Positions 1 through 7,062 of a stretch of 53,279 nt of DNA are shown piece after piece (within the stretch, counting starts at the first letter, position 1; the number at the start of each line of letters is the position of its first letter). Both the position numbers and the translations under genes were made by a program. The stretch covers positions 1 through 53,279 of the IMG/VR virus record IMGVR_UViG_3300017705_001145, one strand, 5' to 3'. The notes beneath the pieces were generated by a model. It searched no databases, had not been told where the DNA came from, and saw nothing but the letters and a program-made list of their open reading frames with translations. The stretch comes from a virus. Its lineage: Duplodnaviria; Caudoviricetes.

Positions 1-307
1 ACAAATTATTAAAGAAGCTATAGAAGAGGGGCTGCCCGGTACCGGGTTAACGGGATCGTCGCGATGGGTTCCCACGCTTCCGGAGCCTTGGACTCCTGAG
101 TCTGCGGAAAAGCAACGAGAAGCTGGTTTCGTAGGCGCAAGTGCGGGAGAACTCAAGGAGAGCAAGGAAATACTTTTAGACAATATGAAAGCTGCTCGCG
201 CCGCAGAAGAATATGGTGTTGCTAGTAGTCTTGAACAGTCTATTATGGCTTTAGAAGAAGCTATATCTGCTCTATCTCATAGCCGTAACGAGCGCGGTAA
301 TAGCTAG
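1..307 (+). CDS. 3' part of a hypothetical phage protein (5'-truncated by window)
   Basis: Frame 2 is open from the window edge (QIIKEAIEEGLPG...HSRNERGNS) to TAG at 305-307; not in the ORF track because the start lies outside the window. Confidence 0.75.
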   Translation, partial: QIIKEAIEEGLPGTGLTGSSRWVPTLPEPWTPESAEKQREAGFVGASAGELKESKEILLDNMKAARAAEEYGVASSLEQSIMALEEAISALSHSRNERGNS

Positions 308-420
308 CTCCTATTTAACTTAGGGTATTTTACATATGAGGACATATGATCTATATATTATATGATCACTGTGGGCGATTTAATATATTTAGCCGCTGAA
401 CAAAGGAGACGCTATAAAGT

Positions 421-2658
421 ATGGGCGGAGTAGCAGGACATTTAGCACATCTTTACGACAATCGTAACTTAACTTATAACAATATGGCGGATATCCTCCA
501 AAAAGCAGCTTCAGGTGAGCTTATTGGAACGGAAAAGACAGACGGTTATAACATTTATCTCGGCTATGTCGATGGAAAACCACGTGCTGCGCGTAATAAG
601 GGCGATATGTCTCGCGGTGGCATGAGTATGCAAGATCTACTTAATCGTAAATTTCAAGGCGGCGAAAATGCAAGAAATGCCTATGTTAAAGCTTTTCAAG
701 CTTATGAAAGTGCAATTAATTCTCTAACAGAAGATGAGCGCACTAATATCTTTGGCCCTTCCGGTGATATTTTCTACAATGCAGAAATTCAAGGGCCAAT
801 GGCTAGCAATGTAGTAAATTATGATGAAAACATAGTAAATATCCATCACATGGGCCATAAAAGATATAACAAAGACACAAATGATATAGAAGCAATTGAT
901 ACTAAGCAACAGTCGGCCGTTTTAGACAGTTTAATCGATCAATTTGAAAATCCCGGCGAGGAACAGCCCTTCAGTATCAAAAGGACAGCGTTCTTAGAAT
1001 TAAATAAGATAACAGATGAGTCAATCGTCGATAAGGCCTTGGAACAAATCCAAGAAACCGGTTATTCTGGGGATATGACCATTGAAGAGTATCTCGAAGA
1101 CAAACTTTGGCCGGAAGTTAACAATCACTTTCCAGAATTTGAAGAGACAACCAAACAACAATTAGTCGATAGAATATTACAAAAAGAAAATCGCTTGACC
1201 CTAGGACAGCTTACCAAAGGTTTAGATAAAGAAACGAAACAAAAAGCATCTCAATTCGTCAAAGACTCAAAGAGTCTTATCGGGAAGCTCATTTGGCCCA
1301 TCGAGTTGGCAATTCATGATTTTGCCGTTGTACTGTTGCGGGGCCTTAAAAGCGCATATATTTTAGACAATCATAAAGAAGTGCAAAGGCTAAAAAACGA
1401 AACCGATGCAGCAATCAAGGCAATCTACTCTTACAAAGGGCCTGCGCAGGAAGAAGCGCATGCAGTATTGGCCCGACAATTATCAAAACTCAAGAAACAT
1501 CAATATATTGATACGGTGGTTGAAGGCTTTGTTTTCGAACATGATGGCCAGATGTATAAGTTTACCGGAAATTTTGCCCCAATGAACCAACTTTTGGGTC
1601 TATTTAAATATGGACGAGGAAATATACCTCGAATGGTAAAAGAATCGATTCTAGAACAAAACGAAGGTCATAATCGTAAAAGAATCATAGCTATTTACCC
1701 GGGAAGGTTCCAGCCAATGGGTGAACATCATGTTAATGCGTTTAATCGCCTTCGCGAAGAGTTTGGCCATGGGAATACTTTTATTTCTACTTCTAACAAA
1801 ACTGATTCGGCTCTCAAGAGTGGAGTACCCAGATCGCCATTTGATTTTCATGAAAAACAAATGATCGCTTCTGCACATGGAATACCAGCAGAGAGCTTTG
1901 TTATGACGTCAAATCCATATAATGCCAAAGAAGTGCTCGATAACTTTGATCCAGAAGACACGTCTGTTATATATTTTGTTGGCGACAAGGATATGCGAAC
2001 AAATCCTAGATTTGCTAATTTAGATGGTTTCACTCAAAAAGGAACTCCAACATATTTTAAAGAATACACCGAAGATCAAACCTTGGAAAATTATAAAGAT
2101 CACGGATATATTGGCGTTGTTCCTCATCAAAAAATTGATTTAGCTGGTGGGGATATGTCTGGTACTTCTCTTCGTATCGCACTTAAAGATGCCGATGAAG
2201 ACGAATTCGAAGATATAATGGGTTTTTATGATCCGGAAATTTATGATTTTGTTAAAGATAAACTTACTCCGACAGAAGATTATGAAGAAATGGGAGAAGA
2301 AGAAAAACTAATGGAGGGAACCCAGCAATTTCTGGGTATCTTTTGTGGGTTAGCCGAAGAAGTACTAGAAGAAATATACATAAAAAGAAAATGTAAGAAG
2401 AAGTCCGGTGAAACTGGTGATTGTGCAGTGATCAGTAAGACAACGGATAAACAAAAAGCTTGTTACGATAATTGTGACGATGCTCGAGCCGTAATGCACC
2501 TTGAAGAAGAGGAATTAGAAGAAATCGCGGTGATGGGTGGCGGTGCAATCGCCTTTGGCGCAGGACAAAATGTCAAAACAAAGCGAAAAGAAAGAAAATT
2601 GAAAGAAGAAGAAGTTAACGAAGCATTAAACTACTTATTACAGAAACTTGGAGTATAA
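421..2658 (+). CDS. Multidomain protein: N-terminal ATP-dependent ligase/nucleotidyltransferase-like domain fused to a HIGH-superfamily cytidylyltransferase/NMNAT-like domain, with a Cys-containing acidic tail
   Basis: EKTDG (KxDG motif I), FYNAEI, VEGFVF and YKFTG resemble ligase motifs I, III, IV and V; then IAIYPGRFQPMGEHH, SPFDFHEK and MSGTSLR; AAGGAG RBS upstream. Confidence 0.65.
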   Translation: MGGVAGHLAHLYDNRNLTYNNMADILQKAASGELIGTEKTDGYNIYLGYVDGKPRAARNKGDMSRGGMSMQDLLNRKFQGGENARNAYVKAFQAYESAINSLTEDERTNIFGPSGDIFYNAEIQGPMASNVVNYDENIVNIHHMGHKRYNKDTNDIEAIDTKQQSAVLDSLIDQFENPGEEQPFSIKRTAFLELNKITDESIVDKALEQIQETGYSGDMTIEEYLEDKLWPEVNNHFPEFEETTKQQLVDRILQKENRLTLGQLTKGLDKETKQKASQFVKDSKSLIGKLIWPIELAIHDFAVVLLRGLKSAYILDNHKEVQRLKNETDAAIKAIYSYKGPAQEEAHAVLARQLSKLKKHQYIDTVVEGFVFEHDGQMYKFTGNFAPMNQLLGLFKYGRGNIPRMVKESILEQNEGHNRKRIIAIYPGRFQPMGEHHVNAFNRLREEFGHGNTFISTSNKTDSALKSGVPRSPFDFHEKQMIASAHGIPAESFVMTSNPYNAKEVLDNFDPEDTSVIYFVGDKDMRTNPRFANLDGFTQKGTPTYFKEYTEDQTLENYKDHGYIGVVPHQKIDLAGGDMSGTSLRIALKDADEDEFEDIMGFYDPEIYDFVKDKLTPTEDYEEMGEEEKLMEGTQQFLGIFCGLAEEVLEEIYIKRKCKKKSGETGDCAVISKTTDKQKACYDNCDDARAVMHLEEEELEEIAVMGGGAIAFGAGQNVKTKRKERKLKEEEVNEALNYLLQKLGV

Positions 2659-2661
2659 AAT

Positions 2662-3429
2662 ATGATTGAACGTGACGAATTTTTGCAAGAACTAAAAGAA
2701 GAGAAGCGTTTACGCAAAACAGTCCGTGGACTCCTTAGAACATGGCTTAACGAAAAAACGGTGGCCGAGAAGAAAGGTGCGCTTGAAGAAAGTAGGTTGC
2801 GCACTTTAATTCAACAATTAGTTGTTGAATCTAACGCAACGGATATTGCTGCAGAACAACCTCATGAAAGCACCGGCATAAATGAGCTTAAAAAGCTGCT
2901 GGTCAACATCATTCCTACAATTGAGGACGACTACAAGACTCTCACCAGTAATAAAGAACAAAGATCATCTTTTAGAGCGCACATCCTTAACGCAATACAA
3001 AATTCTTTGGAGCCAGTTGATATTTTAGCCAACGCGGATAGTGAGCCAACTGAAGAATTAGCGGAAGCAGAAGATGACGTCACCATTAAAACAGTATCGG
3101 ATGAAGAAAAATTTATTCCAGTAAGAGATCTCGACCAAGAAGAAGAAGTTGAAGAAGAAGAAGAGGCTTTTAGCACTATTGAAGGAATGGATGAAACTGG
3201 CCGAAATTTCGCTGCGAATACTTATAATAAAATTGAAAAACAAATTTTAAGTACTTATGAAAGTTTAGCTAGTGAAGAAGATCGCGATAAGTTTTATGAT
3301 TATCTATTAACTAACTTAAAATTATACTTTGACAAGTTTGAAGATGAGCTTAAGACAGTAGTACCAGAGCCTGAATCACCAGATTATAATCCTGAATCAG
3401 CAGAAGGCACTGCAGATGTTACTTTATAA
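2662..3429 (+). CDS. Acidic hypothetical phage protein, possibly head-associated
   Basis: 255-aa ORF; repeated E-x-x-LR..I/V..L helices (EEKRLRKTVRGLL, EESRLRTLIQQL) and Glu-rich linkers. Confidence 0.7.
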   Translation: MIERDEFLQELKEEKRLRKTVRGLLRTWLNEKTVAEKKGALEESRLRTLIQQLVVESNATDIAAEQPHESTGINELKKLLVNIIPTIEDDYKTLTSNKEQRSSFRAHILNAIQNSLEPVDILANADSEPTEELAEAEDDVTIKTVSDEEKFIPVRDLDQEEEVEEEEEAFSTIEGMDETGRNFAANTYNKIEKQILSTYESLASEEDRDKFYDYLLTNLKLYFDKFEDELKTVVPEPESPDYNPESAEGTADVTL

Positions 3430-3444
3430 GAAATAATAAATTAA

Positions 3445-3474
3445 TTTAAAAATATTTTATCATAAAAATATACT
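3445..3474 (+). promoter_or_regulatory. Putative sigma70-like promoter (TTTAAA-18 nt-TATACT) for a probably leaderless HTH gene-tmRNA transcript
   Basis: TTTAAA 3445-3450 and TATACT 3469-3474; ATG at 3483 is 8 nt downstream with no Shine-Dalgarno sequence. Confidence 0.4.
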
Positions 3475-3482
3475 TAAGTCAA

Positions 3483-3872
3483 ATGATTTGGAATAAAAAA
3501 AAGAAATCACCTACCAAATACCAAAGCTATAGCACTATTAATAAATTCAAGTCTGAAGGTAAAATTACCTCTGAGTCTTTGAATATCATCAATAACATTT
3601 CGCTGGAAGATCTAATAGCTATTAAGCTAGAGTTGACAACTAGATATTTATGTGGTAAACTCTTTGGAATACCAATTTGGCGTACTGCTCGCTTAGCCGT
3701 TACTGATGCGCTTTTAAAAACCGCACTAAGTATCAGCAGAACTAAGAGAGAAGGTGCTAGATTTTTAGGTATTGATTATATGGATTTTAATAGACTTATT
3801 AAAAAACATAAAACAGAGTCTTTTTTCGAAAATGGGGGTGAAACGGTTTCGACAGAGAAGAAAGAGAATTAA
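3483..3872 (+). CDS. Putative Fis-like helix-turn-helix DNA-binding protein; last 13 codons including the stop overlap the tmRNA
   Basis: C-terminal DALLKTALSISRTKREGARFLGIDYMDFNRLIKKH fits the Fis/NtrC HTH pattern (..L..AL......AA..LGI....L...). Confidence 0.6.
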   Translation: MIWNKKKKSPTKYQSYSTINKFKSEGKITSESLNIINNISLEDLIAIKLELTTRYLCGKLFGIPIWRTARLAVTDALLKTALSISRTKREGARFLGIDYMDFNRLIKKHKTESFFENGGETVSTEKKEN

Positions 3873-4138
3873 TGTGCAAGACTGTGAGAGTAGCACAGTA
3901 AAAATACTCAACTTTTTATAAATGCTAACAATAATGTTGAGCTTGATTACGCACTAGCTGCTTAATCGGAAGTTTTTAGTAACTTTCTTAAGAAATACTA
4001 AACATTTCCAGTTTTAAGAAAAACTGGTGGTACGCGCAGTGGATTTAAAGCTTGTTGGAGCAGAAAACCAACTAATCTTGTGAATGACATGATTTTTAAT
4101 CTTTTTTGGACTCGGGTTCGACTCCCGACACCTCCACC
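3834..4138 (+). ncRNA. ssrA: tmRNA (transfer-messenger RNA), tag peptide ANNNVELDYALAA
   Basis: 5' GGGGGTGAAACGGTTTCGAC; acceptor stem GGGGGTG/CACCTCC with a G3-U wobble and discriminator A4136; T-arm TCGGG-TTCGACT-CCCGA; PK1 (ACTGTG/CACAGT, GAGTA/TACTC, 3881-3909); resume codon GCT at 3924 after ATAAAT; tag ends YALAA-TAA at 3965. Confidence 0.97.
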
Positions 4139-4149
4139 TTATAATTTCC

Positions 4150-4179
4150 TTTAAATTTTTCGTATTTGTATGATAGACT
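4150..4179 (+). promoter_or_regulatory. Putative sigma70-like extended -10 promoter
   Basis: TTTAAA (4150-4155), 18 nt, TGA-TAGACT (-10 at 4174-4179), upstream of the ORF at 4259. Confidence 0.45.
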
Positions 4180-4258
4180 GAGAAACGAAAGATATTGAAG
4201 ATGATTTAAGTTAATAATAATATTAAAGAAAAGATTAATAAATAAAATTGGAGAAATA

Positions 4259-4498
4259 ATGACTGAAGAAGAAAATACTAATATTAAAACTAAAACTTGG
4301 TCTACTATAGCTATATTTGAAACTTATGAAGAAGCGCTATCTCACAAAAATACTATTAAAGATCAACATGAATTAGTTAAAATTAAAGCTTGCGATAAAA
4401 CAAAGGATAAGTGGTCTTATAAAATAAAAACTTGGTCTAAACCGGAAGAAAAGACCAATAAAAAAACTAAGAAAAAAAAGAAAGGAAAAAGTAAATGA
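4259..4498 (+). CDS. Small basic hypothetical protein
   Basis: 79-aa ORF, GGAGA RBS, Lys-rich tail, ATGA overlap with the next gene. Confidence 0.7.
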   Translation: MTEEENTNIKTKTWSTIAIFETYEEALSHKNTIKDQHELVKIKACDKTKDKWSYKIKTWSKPEEKTNKKTKKKKKGKSK

Positions 4499-4710
4499 CC
4501 ACTCGTCGATTTGCATATGATTTAAATGGTGATAAAATAGCCGTTGGTTCGCGGGTCAAATACAAAAATAAAATTTATCTTTTAGAAGATATAGAATACC
4601 TCAGTTGGAATATTAATCAATATTTAACCTTAACTGAGCAAAAAAATAAAAATAAAAAAATTAAATTTGTTTCTTCTAACGAAGTGGCTAAATTTAGAGG
4701 ACGCTCATGA
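4495..4710 (+). CDS. Small hypothetical protein, possible SH3/KOW-like beta-barrel
   Basis: 71 aa; DLNGDKIAVGSRVKY pattern; coupled to both neighbours by ATGA overlaps. Confidence 0.6.
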   Translation: MTTRRFAYDLNGDKIAVGSRVKYKNKIYLLEDIEYLSWNINQYLTLTEQKNKNKKIKFVSSNEVAKFRGRS

Positions 4711-5831
4711 AAAAAAACGTTTTAATAGTTGGTACTGGTACGATTGGCGAGCCTTTGATTGGCTTGTTTGCTGATTATCATGAAAAGCTGGATATCGATA
4801 ACGTTTTCTTTCATAAGCGAACTCCTTTAAAGGACGAAATAGCTAAAGTTAATAGTATGGTAAAGCGCGGCGCAAAACTGGTGGTTGATAAAGAATGTAT
4901 CGATAGTTTTAAGAAAATAGGACACGATCCAAAATTAGATTTCGACACTGCTTTGAATTTAGCTGATGTTATCATTGACTGTACCCCAGCCGGTAACGAA
5001 AACAAAGAAAAATTTTATTTGCCTCTTTTAAAAGCTAAATGTAAAGATAAAGGGTGTATGGTCAATGAGTGTGAGGGAAGATTTTGTGGAAACAAAAGAA
5101 GGTTATTTATCGCACAAGGCAGCGAAAAGAATTTCGGCATGCCTTATGCTTACGGAATTAACGATGAAGCTCTTCAAACCGCAGATTCTAGTTTTATTCA
5201 GGTCGTTAGCTGTAACACTCACAACATCGCTTCTTTAGTCAAAACCCTCTCTTCTGGGGATTTTTATAATATAATTCGAGGTGATTTTACATGCATACGC
5301 AGAGCAAATGATATAAGTCAACATGGCGGGTTTATTTCTTCGCCGGAAGTCGGCATGCATAGCAACGGCCAATATGGTACTCATCACGCAAAAGACGCCG
5401 CAGATCTTTTTTCCACATTAGATTATCACCCGGATATATTCTCCAGTGCTTTAAAAATTAATAGCCAATATATGCACATTATTCGCTTCAATATCGAAAT
5501 TAAAGGATTCGCAATTGAAAAAGACATCATTAATAATTTTATAAATAATAAATTGGTGGCCATCACACATAAAACTTTAGCTAATAAAGTGTTTTCTTTT
5601 GGACGAGATCACGGCTATTATGGGAGAATCTTTAATCATACCGTCGTCGCGACGGATTCTATATTAGCCAAAAGATATTATGGAAACACGAGAGTATCCG
5701 GCTTTTGTTTTACACCGCAAGATGGCAATTCACTATTAAGCAGCGCTGCAGCAACACTTCAGTTTATTCATGGAGAAAGATATTTAAATTATATGAAGGA
5801 GTTTGATGACTATTTATTTCAACAGATATGA
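4707..5831 (+). CDS. gap: Glyceraldehyde-3-phosphate dehydrogenase, archaeal/class II-like
   Basis: GTGTIG Rossmann motif, IIDCTP, IAQGSEK, catalytic VVSCNTH, IRRAND, GTHHAKD and YMH match class II GAPDH signatures (GYGTIG, DATP, FQGGEK, VVSCNTT, RR..D, SHH..D, MH). Confidence 0.8.
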   Translation: MKKNVLIVGTGTIGEPLIGLFADYHEKLDIDNVFFHKRTPLKDEIAKVNSMVKRGAKLVVDKECIDSFKKIGHDPKLDFDTALNLADVIIDCTPAGNENKEKFYLPLLKAKCKDKGCMVNECEGRFCGNKRRLFIAQGSEKNFGMPYAYGINDEALQTADSSFIQVVSCNTHNIASLVKTLSSGDFYNIIRGDFTCIRRANDISQHGGFISSPEVGMHSNGQYGTHHAKDAADLFSTLDYHPDIFSSALKINSQYMHIIRFNIEIKGFAIEKDIINNFINNKLVAITHKTLANKVFSFGRDHGYYGRIFNHTVVATDSILAKRYYGNTRVSGFCFTPQDGNSLLSSAAATLQFIHGERYLNYMKEFDDYLFQQI

Positions 5832-6163
5832 AAAGCTTTTATATAAAAGAAATAGATTACGTTTGCAGCCCTTCTGATTTATATATTCGGATGGTCCATG
5901 ATCCTTCCCATGGTAAGGTTCAAGTTAATTTTCACAATTTCAATTCTAGAAACTTTTTTGTATCCCAAACAATGAGAATAACGGATAAAAAAGAAGATTT
6001 TGATGTACTTCTTAGAGTTATTTTAATATCATTGTTTGAAATGTATGATCGGGCTGGATTCCAAGAGAATATATTGAATGGCGAGATACAGGGTCTCTTT
6101 TTCTATGATAACTTAGAGTGGGTAAAGAGCAAATCTGGATCTCTGATTTGGAAGAGAGGATGA
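5828..6163 (+). CDS. Hypothetical protein
   Basis: 111-aa ORF with an ATGA overlap to the GAPDH-like gene. Confidence 0.65.
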   Translation: MKSFYIKEIDYVCSPSDLYIRMVHDPSHGKVQVNFHNFNSRNFFVSQTMRITDKKEDFDVLLRVILISLFEMYDRAGFQENILNGEIQGLFFYDNLEWVKSKSGSLIWKRG

Positions 6164-6166
6164 AAA

Positions 6167-6931
6167 CTATAATTTGTGGGGAATCTGATAACTATTGGAT
6201 TGATATTTCTCTTGTACATTTTCAATCAAGTTTCGTCTAATAAACTGTTTTAAATCATCATACCTCACAGACAAGACCACTTGTTTCATTCTCATATATA
6301 CCGAATGTAATAAGCCAACCAATTCACCTTTTTCATTTAAGATCATTGAACCGCTTGAACCGGGAGCAGCGGGAAATACGTACATATCGTCGTCCATCGT
6401 CCGACCTATGTATCTTCCTTCAAATAAAGGAATAACGTTATAACTGTGAATGCCATATGGAGAGGCAATATTAAATATTTTATCGCCTTCTTTTGGTCCT
6501 CTTTCTGCGATATTAACTGTTTCCACATCACTGACCATATCCTCGACGAACATTATACACGCATCAATTTTAGAGTTATAATCGAGTATTTTAGCATTAA
6601 AATAACGTCCGGTTAGCGTTTCTACTTTTAGTCTGGTTCGAAGCTTAATTTTTGGATTCGCTCGGAGACTTTTCGCAGGTAAGCACACGTGAGCAGCAGT
6701 AACGACGTAAGAACCTTTATAAGATGTCTTCACTATAAACCCGGAACCAACAGCAACGTATCTATCTTGTATACACTTCTTTTTTTTGCATGCATGGATA
6801 TCTACAATCTTTTTTATAAAAACATATCCCTTTCGCGGCAGCACGTCAGCAGCGGAAAACTTTAAGTAACCACTGTTACAAGAAACACTAAACGCTAGCA
6901 ACAAAATTATTAATATCACCTTTTTAGACAC
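6167..6931 (-). CDS. Trypsin-like (S1) serine protease with N-terminal signal or lipoprotein peptide
   Basis: GSGF, VTAAHVC (His), IDAC (Asp), APGSSGS (Ser); N-terminus MSKKVILIILLLAFSVSC; GTG start with a GGAGG RBS on the minus strand. Confidence 0.88.
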   Translation of the reverse strand: MSKKVILIILLLAFSVSCNSGYLKFSAADVLPRKGYVFIKKIVDIHACKKKKCIQDRYVAVGSGFIVKTSYKGSYVVTAAHVCLPAKSLRANPKIKLRTRLKVETLTGRYFNAKILDYNSKIDACIMFVEDMVSDVETVNIAERGPKEGDKIFNIASPYGIHSYNVIPLFEGRYIGRTMDDDMYVFPAAPGSSGSMILNEKGELVGLLHSVYMRMKQVVLSVRYDDLKQFIRRNLIENVQEKYQSNSYQIPHKL

Positions 6932-7062
6932 TTTCGAATCCTCCTTTTATTCTGTTGAACTTCTTGTTCTTCTAATAATAACTATGAAATAAAAACCTTT
7001 GTTCGTTATTAATGAAATAAAATATGCAAACTATTTATTATATAGCGCTGTAAAGCCGCTAT

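Noticed and set aside
346-399. 17-codon mini-ORF MIYILYDHCGRFNIFSR after GAGG
   Set aside because: Very short, with only 4 nt RBS spacing and no other support
3135-3170. GAA repeat tract
   Set aside because: It simply encodes a poly-Glu linker
4100-4140. tRNA gene or prophage attachment site at the T-arm/acceptor sequence
   Set aside because: It is the 3' end of the tmRNA; no integrase or duplicated 3' fragment is seen in the window
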